In this document: piece after piece, positions 1-8,393 of the stretch
Layout: each line of letters begins with the position of its first letter
Numbering within the stretch: the first letter of the stretch is position 1
Assembly: GCA_022703175.1 (NCBI GenBank)
Contig: JAKLEG010000003.1
Span: forward strand, 1-42,682
Direction: 5' to 3'
Length of the DNA: 42,682 nucleotides
DNA from: Myxococcota bacterium
GTDB lineage: Bacteria; Myxococcota; XYA12-FULL-58-9
Position numbers and translations under genes: made by a program
The notes under the pieces: generated by a model
What the model was told of the DNA's origin: nothing
Seen by the model: only the letters and a program-made list of their open reading frames with translations
The model's database searches: none

Positions 1-518
1 CCGGCCACCGCCAACTCTCCCAAGCCCCGCAGATCGAACAGCGCGCCTGGCTTGAACACCGCCAACATCGCAATGCCACACAGGCCCACAACAAGTCCCG
101 CCACTCCCAGCGGCCCCACCCGCTCGCCCGGCAACAGCGCCCGACTGAACACGGTGGTAAGGCTCGGGTTCAACGCCACGATCACCGCGGCGACCGCCTC
201 GTAGGTGTGCTGTTGCCCCCAATACAAAAGCGCGTGGTAGCCGACGATGTTCAGCGCCGCCGTGACACTCACCGCGAGCCACTGCTTACGGCCCCGTGGC
301 AACAGTTGCGTCCGTGACACCGTATAGGCCGCCCCAAGTAACAACGGCCCGGCAATATCAAAGCGCAGTGCCGCAAAGAACACGGGGCTGAAACTAGCAA
401 GCCCCTGGTGGATAAAAACGAAGGCGGTGCCCCAGATGAGACTCAGGCCGGCCAATAGCAGCAGGTTTAGAGGCGCCACTTGCGTCGTGGCTGCTGCTGG
501 CTGGGTGATGCTCGACAT
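1..518 (-). CDS. EamA/DMT-superfamily transporter (drug/metabolite exporter family), C-terminal part lies beyond the window start
   Basis: Minus-strand frame is open from ATG at 516-518 to position 1. Translation MSSITQPAAATTQVAPLNLLLLAGLSLIWGTAFVFIHQGL...VALNPSLTTVFSRALLPGERVGPLGVAGLVVGLCGIAML is multi-TM with the WG/F and ALNP motifs typical of EamA repeats. Not in the ORF track because no stop lies inside the window. No clear SD. Confidence 0.5.
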   Translation of the reverse strand, partial: MSSITQPAAATTQVAPLNLLLLAGLSLIWGTAFVFIHQGLASFSPVFFAALRFDIAGPLLLGAAYTVSRTQLLPRGRKQWLAVSVTAALNIVGYHALLYWGQQHTYEAVAAVIVALNPSLTTVFSRALLPGERVGPLGVAGLVVGLCGIAMLAVFKPGALFDLRGLGELAVA

Positions 519-608
519 GGGCGGGTTATTAACAGAATGCCGTGAGGAAGGCAGGCCGCGACGAGGTTTTTGAGGCCACGGAAAAGCGTCGACGGCTGGT
601 GGTTCGGA

Positions 609-617
609 GGGGGGGGA
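609..617. repeat. Homopolymeric G9 (C9 on minus strand) tract in the intergenic region between the KAS III-like gene and the EamA gene
   Basis: Direct reading: ggagg followed by an uninterrupted G run of 9, about 90 nt upstream of the EamA start codon, in a region that must carry the EamA promoter. Confidence 0.6.
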
Positions 618-755
618 CTCCCAGGGTCATTGGAGCCTCGCAGCTGCGCCAACACCTGGGGATCCATTGACTCGCTGGGTTGGCGCCCGAAAGGCTCAAG
701 AAGCTGCCCGGATTCCGAGTGCCAAACAAGAGGGTTTTAGATACCGAATCGCGGG

Positions 756-1784
756 CTACGCTTTGCCCCAGCGAATCACATTGGCCGCCCAGGCGTAGCC
801 AATGCCGGCGGCGATCATGCAAACCACCGTACCCGCCTTAATACGCCCGGCTTCAAGCCCCAAGTGCAAGGACAACACTTGGTCGATTTGGCCGATGTGA
901 CCGTAGTCGCGCAGATAGGTGGTTTGGTCTTCACGCAAACCCAGCTCCTGCAAGAGGATCTTGTGCATCGACGGCTTGAAGTGCAGCACCGCCAAATAGC
1001 CAATGTCTTTGCGGGTAAGCTTGGCCTTCTCAAGCGCCCGGTCGATGCAGTGATACCAGTTGGGCATCGAGACTTCGTTCAGCCGGTTTTTCATGTGCTC
1101 GCCGTCCATCAGGTCGAGCGATTGATAGGCGCGCGCCAAGTTGTCGGCGGTGATCGGCTCGGCAGTGCCACCAATGCGACAGCCCGCATCCCGCGCCATG
1201 CTGCCATCGGTGACCAAGTGGGAACCCAACAGCAAGTTAGCTTTGGCGTTGCGCTCCAAAATCATCGCACAACCGCCGGCGCCCAAGTTGTACATCATCG
1301 ACATCGCCGGATTGGTGTAGTCCACGAAGTCGCCGTTTCTGTAACCACCCACGATCATGACCGAGTTCACCTCGGGGTCGGCAATGATCATGTCTTTGGC
1401 CATCTTCATCGCGGCCACCTGCGAACAACAGCGCTGCTGCACGTCGATAGCCCAAGCGTTTTTGGCGCCAATCTGCTCCTGGATGTAGATGCCAGAGGTG
1501 GTTAGAGGGTACTCTTTCCATTCTTCGCCTATGCACAAAATTACGTCGATTTTGGCAGGATCATAGGCGAACCGTTTGAGGCAATCGAGACCCGCTTTGA
1601 CCCCCATCTCCTGGGTGCCGTCGCCGACACCTGGAATCGGTTTCTTGTCAAAACCGAGCTTGTCTTTGATGGCCGCCTCGGTCCACTTGCCAGCCGTCGC
1701 CAACGCCACCTGGGCCGCGGTCATTTCAGTTTTCGGAAAGTACAGGCCGTAGGCCACGATGCCAATGTTCTCAACTGCGTTCAC
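756..1784 (-). CDS. KAS III-like (FabH-family, thiolase fold) condensing enzyme or acyltransferase with atypical active-site region
   Basis: ORF 756..1952 trimmed to GTG at 1782-1784, preceded by GGAG with an 8-nt spacer. Product MNAVENIGIVAYGLYFP...DVQQRCCSQVAAMKMA...GYRNGDFVDY...DYGHIGQ...GYAWAANVIRW has FabH-like length (343 aa), an N-terminal IGIxGYGxYxP motif and a C-terminal GxGxxWGAxxxRW motif. The region around the presumed catalytic Cys reads QQRCCS, not the canonical AxC(A/S)G. Confidence 0.6.
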   Translation of the reverse strand: MNAVENIGIVAYGLYFPKTEMTAAQVALATAGKWTEAAIKDKLGFDKKPIPGVGDGTQEMGVKAGLDCLKRFAYDPAKIDVILCIGEEWKEYPLTTSGIYIQEQIGAKNAWAIDVQQRCCSQVAAMKMAKDMIIADPEVNSVMIVGGYRNGDFVDYTNPAMSMMYNLGAGGCAMILERNAKANLLLGSHLVTDGSMARDAGCRIGGTAEPITADNLARAYQSLDLMDGEHMKNRLNEVSMPNWYHCIDRALEKAKLTRKDIGYLAVLHFKPSMHKILLQELGLREDQTTYLRDYGHIGQIDQVLSLHLGLEAGRIKAGTVVCMIAAGIGYAWAANVIRWGKA

Positions 1785-1969
1785 GTGGGTCACTCCTTGG
1801 GGGGCGAAAAGAAACCCCGAAAGCTCGCGTACTCTACCGCGAATTACCCGAAAATACACAACAAATAACCATTTGTGCAGATGCAAAGAAAAGCTCCCGA
1901 ACGGGCGTTTTGGGGTTGTCAGAAGGGGGGAAGCGGGAGTAGTTGGCTGCACATAAAAAGGAGTCCCCC

Positions 1970-2962
1970 ATGAGCATTCATGCCCAACTGGTCGCCACTG
2001 GCCGCTACGTGCCGACGCAACTCGTGTCCAACGACGATATGCGCAAGCGCTTCGACGCGCGGGTCCCTGAGTTCGTCAACAAGATGGAAAAGTCGAGCGG
2101 TATCATGCAGCGCTTCCATGCGCCCGCCGAATTTGCCACCTCTGATCTCGCATTGCGCGCTGCACAAAATGCCCTCGAAAAAGCGTCCATGCGCCCCGAA
2201 GATTTGGACTTGATCGTGCTGGGGACCGACTCCCCCGACTACATCACCCCGGCCACCTCGGTGGTCCTGCAGTACAAATTGGGCGCCAAGAATGCCGGCA
2301 CGTTCGACGTCGGTTGCGCCTGCGCCTCGTTCCCCACTGGCCTCGCGGCTGCCTCGGGCATCATGAGCACCAACCCCGCGATCAAAAAGGTGTTGGTGGT
2401 GGGCGTTTACATGATGCAACGCTTGGCCGACCCCAACGATCCGGCCACCTTCTTCTACGGCGATGGCGCGGGTGCGGCCATCCTGGTGGCAGGTGACAAG
2501 CCCGGCTTCGTCGGAGCCGCCATGCAAGCCGACGGCACTTACTACAAGGCCTGGGGCATCTATTCGAGCGGCACGGCCGAGCCGCCCAACGCCGACGCGC
2601 TGGCCAAAGGCCGGACCTTCGTGAAAATGGTCGACCGCTACCCGCCCGAAATCAACAACGAAGGCTGGCCGCGCGTGGTGCGCAAGCTCGCCGCTGGGCA
2701 CAACTTTGCGGTGGCCGACATCGACTTCTTGATCTTCACCCAAGTGCGCAAGCCCACCATCGAGCTCGTGATGCAAACCTTGGAGCTGCCGATGGAACGC
2801 ACCCATATGATCATGGACAAGTGGGGCTACACCGGCTCCGCTTGCATCCCGATGGCCTTGGACGACGCGTTGGAGCAAAAGCTCATCAAGCCCGGCAATC
2901 TCGTGGTGCTGGTGGGCTCCGGTGTCGGCTACAACCAGGCCGCCGCCGCCATCCGAATCTAA
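1970..2962 (+). CDS. 3-oxoacyl-ACP synthase III (FabH) family protein
   Basis: ATG at 1970 preceded by AAAAGGAG with a 6-nt spacer. Product MSIHAQLVATGRYVPTQLVSNDDM...FDVGCACASFPTGL...FFYGDGAGAAIL...WGYTGSACIPMAL...GSGVGYNQAAAAIRI. Nucleophile Cys is in the classic GCACASF context. The positions that in E. coli FabH hold HQAN and GNTSAAS read TQVR and GYTGSAC, so the His/Asn of the triad appear substituted. Confidence 0.65.
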   Translation: MSIHAQLVATGRYVPTQLVSNDDMRKRFDARVPEFVNKMEKSSGIMQRFHAPAEFATSDLALRAAQNALEKASMRPEDLDLIVLGTDSPDYITPATSVVLQYKLGAKNAGTFDVGCACASFPTGLAAASGIMSTNPAIKKVLVVGVYMMQRLADPNDPATFFYGDGAGAAILVAGDKPGFVGAAMQADGTYYKAWGIYSSGTAEPPNADALAKGRTFVKMVDRYPPEINNEGWPRVVRKLAAGHNFAVADIDFLIFTQVRKPTIELVMQTLELPMERTHMIMDKWGYTGSACIPMALDDALEQKLIKPGNLVVLVGSGVGYNQAAAAIRI

Positions 2963-2980
2963 GCCAACACCCAAACACCC

Positions 2981-3003
2981 GCGGCGCGCTCGCCGCTCTG
3001 CTT
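2981..3003 (+). terminator. Possible intrinsic terminator after the FabH-family gene
   Basis: GCGGCG-cgct-CGCCGC hairpin (6-bp GC stem) 19 nt after the stop codon, followed by tctgctt (weak U tract). Confidence 0.25.
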
Positions 3004-3057
3004 CCCCCTTGACCCACAATCCAGCCTCGCAGACTCTGCCGGCACTGAGGTGTGGGG

Positions 3058-3669
3058 ATGAACAGCTTTACAACGTTCTGGAATGCGCTGCCGCCTGTGG
3101 CCCAGGGGTTCTTCACCGGCGCAGTGTTCTTCTCCGTGCTGTTTGGCTGGCAGCTTTTAGCCTCGGTGTTGGGGTTGGGCGGCGACGAAGGCCACGGACA
3201 CGCCGACGTCGGGCATGACGCGACCTCTGGCGATGGTCACCACGGCCACGATGGCACAGCGGCCTTCAAGCTGCTGACGCTGCGCTCGATGCTGGCCTTT
3301 GCCACCCTCTTCACCTGGGCGGGCGGCCTTTATCAGAGCACCGGCACCTCCGTCGGGTTGTCGGTTTTTTATGCGAGTCTCTGGGGTTTTTTGGCGCTGA
3401 TTGTGGTGTCGATGCTTGTGCACTTGGTGCCCCGACTCACGCAAAGCAGCAACATGGACCTGCGCTCGGCGTTGGACTGCGAAGGCAACGTCTACCTGGA
3501 TATCCCGGAAAACGGCCAAGGCGAAGTGCGCGTGTTGGTGAGTGGTGCCCAGACGCACGTGAAGGCGCTCGGGCGCGATGGTGTTGCGATCAAGGCCGGC
3601 ACCCCTGTGCGGGTGCATCGCATCGTGGACGAGAACGTGATCGAAGTAGAACCGATTCATCCCGCATAA
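3058..3669 (+). CDS. NfeD-like short membrane protein (YqiJ/YuaF type; flotillin-associated, C-terminal OB-fold)
   Basis: ATG at 3058 with GAGG 7 nt upstream. The ORF-track start at 3052 is a GTG two codons earlier. Two N-terminal TM segments, a His/Gly/Asp-rich loop, a third TM segment, then a C-terminal soluble domain (GEVRVLVSGAQTHVKALGRDGVAIKAGTPVRVHRIVDENVIEVEP) typical of the NfeD OB-fold. Lies 18 nt upstream of a flotillin gene, the conserved nfeD-flotillin arrangement. Confidence 0.6.
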   Translation: MNSFTTFWNALPPVAQGFFTGAVFFSVLFGWQLLASVLGLGGDEGHGHADVGHDATSGDGHHGHDGTAAFKLLTLRSMLAFATLFTWAGGLYQSTGTSVGLSVFYASLWGFLALIVVSMLVHLVPRLTQSSNMDLRSALDCEGNVYLDIPENGQGEVRVLVSGAQTHVKALGRDGVAIKAGTPVRVHRIVDENVIEVEPIHPA

Positions 3670-3687
3670 CTTACGAAGGAGCTTGCC

Positions 3688-5262
3688 ATGTTAAATGCTG
3701 CGTCGTTCACCGCGCAACTGCTGCTTGCGCAAACGTTGGTGTTACCCGTTGGCATGCCCCCGGTGCCGCTTATCCTGAGCGGTATTGTTGGCGTCATCGG
3801 TTTCATGTTGCTCGTGTCGTTGTTGCGCCGCTATCGCCGCTGCCCGTCCAATAAGATCTTGGTCATCTACGGCAAAACCAACTCCGGCGCCTCCAAGTGC
3901 ATCCATGGCGGTGCGGCGCTCGTCTGGCCGCTCATCCAGGACTACGCCTACCTCGATTTGGAGCCGTTCGTAATTCCGATCGATCTGTCGAGCGCGCTGT
4001 CGCAAGAAAACATCCGCGTCACCGTACCCACCTCAGTGACCGCTGCGATTTCGAACAAACCCGGCATTATGCAGAACGCCGCGGTGCGCTTGCTGGGGTT
4101 GTCGTCGCAGCAGATCAAAACCCAAGCGCAGGACATCATCATCGGCCAGATGCGCGCCGTCATCGCGACGATGAAAATCGAAGACATCAACCGCGATCGC
4201 CAAAGTTTCATGGCCAAGGTAAATGAGGCCGTAGCGGTGGAGTTGGAAAAGATTGGCCTGGCCGTCATCAACGTGAACATCCGCGATATTGAAGACGAAT
4301 CTGGTTACATCAAGGCCATTGGGCGCAAGGCCGCGGCCGAGGCCATTTTCCAAGCCAACGTTGACGTGGCCGAACAAGAAAAGCGCGGACAGATGGGTGT
4401 GGCTGAGCGCCAACGCGACCAACGCATCTCGGTGGCTGCCGCCATGGCCGACGCGCAAATTGGTGAGGCCGAGGCAGAGAAAAAACGCCGCACCTCGAGG
4501 GCCGCCGCCGCCGCTGATGCCGAAATTGGCGAAGCGCTGGCCGCCAAGAGCAAGCGCCAAGAAACCGCCAAATTGGATGCCGACGCCGTCTCCACCGAGT
4601 CCAACGCCAATGCCCAAAAGGCGAGCTACTGGGCCACGCAGCGCGTCGCCGAAGAAGAAGCCCGACGCAAAGCCGAATCGGCCGCCAAAGAGGCCGACGG
4701 TAATATTCGCGCCGCCCAAGAGTTGTCACAAAAGAAGGCCGAAGAGGCCCGCGCCCAACGCGAAGGCGCCCGCCTAAACGCCGAAGTGGTCGTCCCGGCC
4801 GAGGCCGACAAGCGCCGCATGGTGATCGCGGCCGAAGCCGAGCGCGACCAGGCCATCTTGCACGCGCAAGGCCAAGCGGAGGCGACCCTGGCCAATGCCA
4901 CGGCCCAAGCCAAAGGCACGCAGGCGCTGTTGGACGGCAAGGCAGAAGGCTACCGCAACTTGGTGCAGGCGGCCGGAGACGCTAACTTGGCCACGGCCTT
5001 GCTGTTGGTCGAAAAGCTTGTGGATGTAGCCGGCATTCAAGCCAAGGCCATTGAGAACTTGCCGATCGAGAAGGTGATTGTCTGGGACGGAGGCGGCGAT
5101 CAGGGTGGGTTGAATGGCCTGGGAAAACGGCTGATGGGGACGCTGCCGCCGATGCATGATCTGGCCAAACAAGTAGGCTTGGAGCTGCCCGAGTTCCTAG
5201 GTCGCGTGAATGCACCGCTGGCAGGCGATAACGCCAAACCGAACGCAACGAAGAAAGCCTAA
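3688..5262 (+). CDS. Flotillin-family SPFH/band-7 protein (FloT/YqiK-like) with long Ala/Glu-rich coiled coil
   Basis: AAGGAG 6 nt upstream of ATG 3688. N-terminal TM hairpin, SPFH core (ILVIYGKTNSGASKCIHGGAALVWPLIQDY...IRDIEDESGYIKAIGRKAAAEA), then about 250 aa of EA/AEAE/QA heptad-like repeats, then a conserved flotillin C-terminus. Confidence 0.8.
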   Translation: MLNAASFTAQLLLAQTLVLPVGMPPVPLILSGIVGVIGFMLLVSLLRRYRRCPSNKILVIYGKTNSGASKCIHGGAALVWPLIQDYAYLDLEPFVIPIDLSSALSQENIRVTVPTSVTAAISNKPGIMQNAAVRLLGLSSQQIKTQAQDIIIGQMRAVIATMKIEDINRDRQSFMAKVNEAVAVELEKIGLAVINVNIRDIEDESGYIKAIGRKAAAEAIFQANVDVAEQEKRGQMGVAERQRDQRISVAAAMADAQIGEAEAEKKRRTSRAAAAADAEIGEALAAKSKRQETAKLDADAVSTESNANAQKASYWATQRVAEEEARRKAESAAKEADGNIRAAQELSQKKAEEARAQREGARLNAEVVVPAEADKRRMVIAAEAERDQAILHAQGQAEATLANATAQAKGTQALLDGKAEGYRNLVQAAGDANLATALLLVEKLVDVAGIQAKAIENLPIEKVIVWDGGGDQGGLNGLGKRLMGTLPPMHDLAKQVGLELPEFLGRVNAPLAGDNAKPNATKKA

Positions 5263-5301
5263 CGGATCGCTCGGAGCCATCGCCCGATCGGCAATGACGC
5301 C

Positions 5302-5526
5302 CTACTTCGCCCCACGCCGGTAATCACGCACCGCTCGCAAAACAGCCCGGGTCGCGGCTCCAGAGCCTACGACAAGCCCGAACCAAAACAGCCAGGGCGC
5401 AGTATCAAACCGAGAATCGAGATAGCGCCCCCCTAACGAGCCCATAGCCACTGCGGCAGCCATCTCGATGCCCAAGGCAGAGTAGCGTCCCGCGAGGCGC
5501 CACATACGGTCGCGATCGTCAGACAT
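5302..5526 (-). CDS. AtpZ/AtpI-like small membrane protein (putative F0F1-ATPase-associated subunit family), orphan
   Basis: 74 aa: MSDDRDRMWRLAGRYSALGIEMAAAVAMGSLGGRYLDSRFDTAPWLFWFGLVVGSGAATRAVLRAVRDY. This matches the W+y/lag...G.e.a.....G...G..LD..f.t.Pwf family signature. No SD. Not located next to an atp operon. Confidence 0.4.
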   Translation of the reverse strand: MSDDRDRMWRLAGRYSALGIEMAAAVAMGSLGGRYLDSRFDTAPWLFWFGLVVGSGAATRAVLRAVRDYRRGAK

Positions 5527-5539
5527 CGGTCAGGTCACG

Positions 5540-5558
5540 AAAAGTGCATTAAGTGCAC
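5540..5558 (-). terminator. Candidate terminator hairpin downstream of the NHL-repeat operon (minus-strand sense)
   Basis: On the minus strand: GTGCA-cttaa-TGCAC followed by TTTT. A second GC-rich hairpin (CTTCCC...GGGAAG) lies at about 5572-5598. Low confidence; the stem is short. Confidence 0.25.
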
Positions 5559-5637
5559 AGCATGCAGGGCGCTTCCCCCCAAAGGAGGGAAGCAACCCGT
5601 GCCACCGTAATATAGGAAGGAGCAACGCGCCGCGTGA

Positions 5638-8388
5638 CTAGCGCTTGCGACGCAACAACAGGCCGACGCCAACGACCAAGAGCGCACCCCACTCACCACC
5701 GTGGGTCGCCTGGCAACCATCACTGGCGGCAAGCACAGTCCGTGGCTTGCGCGGACGCCCCACCTCGGGAACCATCTCACGCCGCGTAATCACAAAGTTC
5801 ACCGTAGCGGTGGTGGTCACCGTGCGAGCCCCTGTCACCGTCGCAATCAGGTTCGCGTGCACCGTGGTCCCCACGAGCGCATCCACGGGTGCCGTGTAAG
5901 AAACACTGTCGCCAACCAGCGTCACACCATCGGGCGTGGGCACGGCCAAAGCGGCCGTACCAGTATCCACGGCAAAGCTGATGCTCGCAGTGCCGCCCGG
6001 AGCGACTTCAAGGGTGGCGCCGTCTGCGAACGTGAAGACCGGTGCCGCCGTGTCGACATAGCGCAACACACGGGTGTTCCCGGCATCTGCCACCAGCAGC
6101 GTCTGACCATTGCGAGACACACTCAATCCGCGGGGCGCAGAGACAGTACCAGCGTTGATGCCGTTCAATGAGTTGTTAGCGTCAGTGGCGTTGTAGTTGA
6201 CCTGGCCCAACACCAAGTCAGCACCCGCTAGTTGAACCGTGGGGTCCTTTTCCTTCGGGTTATGGAACACCAAAATACGGGAGTCATCGACATCGCTCAC
6301 CCACAAGGTGCCGGCGTTGTCCACCGCGATGCCACCGATGTTTGCGAAACCATACCGGGTGGCGCTCACCGCATCGGCCCACTTATCGGTGGCCGTAAAG
6401 TCGGGTTGACCCACAACACCATCGGCGGTGGTTGCCGAGATCAAATCGGAGGCTTCCGGTTGCTCGAACCACAAGACACGATTGTTGCCGGCGTCGGCGA
6501 CCCAAAGCGTGCCGTCACTGTCCAAGGCCAAACCCACGACGCGAGACAAGGTGTCGGCGCGCGCGATCCCCATGCCACGGTTGGGTGAGTTATCGATATC
6601 GTCGACCACCGGGTTGTCGGAGACCGACATCGGCTGGCCGAAGACGCGGGTTGGCTTGACGCGCGGCGTGGCCACATCCCACACCAGGATACGATTACCG
6701 GACGCCACGTAGAGCCGATTGGTGCTAACGACAATGGCATCCAAGTTGCCGTACAGGCCCGCAGAAGTACCATTGGCCAGCGCGCCGTAGATGCGCGTTG
6801 CCACCGGACGGTTGGCGGCGATCGTGCCTTCAAACGCCAGAATCCGCGTGTTGCCGTTATCTGTGACAAACAGCGCCCCGGTGGGCGAATAGGCGGCGGC
6901 GCGGGGACTGCTCAGGCTGCCCGGCCCAAGCACCGGCGGCATCACGCCCAGCTCCCAGTAATCCACAGCGCTGGACTGGCCGACGATGAAGCTCGGATCT
7001 CCGCCCGTAACAAGGGACGCCAAATTGTCGAACAGCAACACCCGATGCGCATTGCCATCCACCACCGCGCCGCGCGAGCCGTCGTCGTTCACCGCGACAC
7101 CTGTCGGAGCGGCGAAACTGCCTGGTTCGAGGCGATTGGCGTAGGCATGCATCATGTCGGGTTGACCAATGACCGTGGTGGCCAGCTTTGCCGAGCTATT
7201 GAAGCGCAGCACACGGTGATTGCCGCTGTCTACGAGCCAGAAGAACTTGTCGTCGTTGTCGAAGTCGATGTACGTCGGCGTATCCAACCCCTGTTCCGAG
7301 ACGATGCCGGGGTTGGTTGGGTGATAATTCGGAATCGGCGACGTGCTAACGGACTCTTGGCCAAAAACGTAGGGCGTAGGCGACGTTGTCGCTGGCGTCC
7401 GATTGGGCGTAGCGGCCGAATTGGCAATCGTAGCGTTGGCGTGCGCCTCGGTCCCTTCCCAACGGAACACCCGGTGGGATAAGGCGTCGACGATCAACAG
7501 CTGGCCCGCATCGTTGCCAACCATGCTGGTGATGCCCGCAAAGTCGTTGTAGGCCTTGTACGGCACTGGCGGACCATTGGCGATCGGCTCGCGGGCCGGA
7601 AGCCCCGTGTTGGCGTCCACCGAGTAGACGAACACGGCGCTGCAGCCGGTGGTGACACCGTCGTCGCAGGTCACATCGCTGCTGCCGCTGGTGCACGAGA
7701 CAAACAAAATGCTGCCGATCCGGGCGACATCGGTGATGTAGTCGCCGCAACCAGGGCTCACGGTCGATTGGGCATACGGTTCGCGCATCCCCTGATCATA
7801 AAAAACCACCGAGGACGCACCCACGACGGCGATCTTCTTGCCCGGCAGCGCACGCACCGAAACGATGTCGTCTGGCAGGCCCAAGAGATCGTAGTCAGCC
7901 GTACGGTCGTTGCTGGCCGCCGCCGGATCTTCGAACACCAACACGTGCGTGCCGTCGTGCACGTAGACCCGTTGCTCGGCATCCACCGCGACACCTACCG
8001 GCGCGATCTGCTCCCGCGTGGGGATGTTGCGATGATCGGTGGTGAACAGATCCTCTTGCAGCAACACGATATCAGCCGACGCGCCCATCGCCGAGGCCGA
8101 GATCGCCCCGGTGTCGCGCCAACCAAGCACGCGCCGATTACCGGTGTCGGCCACCCACAAAGTGGTTGCACCACTTGCGACAGCGACACTGCCGAGCGCG
8201 CCAAAACCGCCGCCATCGGTGCGCGTGGTCCCGCGACCGCGCTCACTGGCTTGGCCGATGATGGCATCGGCCGCCGCCCCATTACTAAGAGCACTTTGCT
8301 TGGCCGATTGTGGTAACAGCGCGGCGCCTTCTTGGCCGCACGCCACAAGCCACGGCAGCACAGACAATGCGAAAAGTTGGTGACGCAT
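5638..8388 (-). CDS. NHL-repeat beta-propeller lipoprotein with C-terminal MYXO-CTERM sorting signal
   Basis: Start moved to ATG 8388 (MRHQLFALSVLPWLVACGQ; lipobox LVAC) with GGAG 8 nt upstream. Repeated NHL signatures: TGNRRVLGW, SGNHRVLRF, NGNTRILAF, SGNRILVWD, AGNNRVLWF, AGNTRVLRY. C-terminus DGCQATHGGEWGALLVVGVGLLLRRKR matches MYXO-CTERM (GC motif, hydrophobic helix, RRKR). Only 5 nt downstream of the preceding gene. Confidence 0.75.
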   Translation of the reverse strand: MRHQLFALSVLPWLVACGQEGAALLPQSAKQSALSNGAAADAIIGQASERGRGTTRTDGGGFGALGSVAVASGATTLWVADTGNRRVLGWRDTGAISASAMGASADIVLLQEDLFTTDHRNIPTREQIAPVGVAVDAEQRVYVHDGTHVLVFEDPAAASNDRTADYDLLGLPDDIVSVRALPGKKIAVVGASSVVFYDQGMREPYAQSTVSPGCGDYITDVARIGSILFVSCTSGSSDVTCDDGVTTGCSAVFVYSVDANTGLPAREPIANGPPVPYKAYNDFAGITSMVGNDAGQLLIVDALSHRVFRWEGTEAHANATIANSAATPNRTPATTSPTPYVFGQESVSTSPIPNYHPTNPGIVSEQGLDTPTYIDFDNDDKFFWLVDSGNHRVLRFNSSAKLATTVIGQPDMMHAYANRLEPGSFAAPTGVAVNDDGSRGAVVDGNAHRVLLFDNLASLVTGGDPSFIVGQSSAVDYWELGVMPPVLGPGSLSSPRAAAYSPTGALFVTDNGNTRILAFEGTIAANRPVATRIYGALANGTSAGLYGNLDAIVVSTNRLYVASGNRILVWDVATPRVKPTRVFGQPMSVSDNPVVDDIDNSPNRGMGIARADTLSRVVGLALDSDGTLWVADAGNNRVLWFEQPEASDLISATTADGVVGQPDFTATDKWADAVSATRYGFANIGGIAVDNAGTLWVSDVDDSRILVFHNPKEKDPTVQLAGADLVLGQVNYNATDANNSLNGINAGTVSAPRGLSVSRNGQTLLVADAGNTRVLRYVDTAAPVFTFADGATLEVAPGGTASISFAVDTGTAALAVPTPDGVTLVGDSVSYTAPVDALVGTTVHANLIATVTGARTVTTTATVNFVITRREMVPEVGRPRKPRTVLAASDGCQATHGGEWGALLVVGVGLLLRRKR

Positions 8389-8393
8389 TGGGA

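Noticed and set aside
864-3019. ORFs 864..1505 (+) and 1919..3019 (-) antisense to the two KAS III-like genes
   Set aside because: They are fully contained within and opposite to genes with clear FabH-family signatures. The translations are His/Arg/Val-rich with no recognisable motifs.
4033-4719. Several minus-strand ORFs (4033..4719, 4305..4610, 4310..4729, 4626..4940) and a plus-strand frame-shifted ORF (4289..4777) within the flotillin gene
   Set aside because: They overlap the Ala/Glu-rich coiled-coil coding region. The translations are Arg/Pro/Ala low complexity, typical of GC-rich antisense artefacts.
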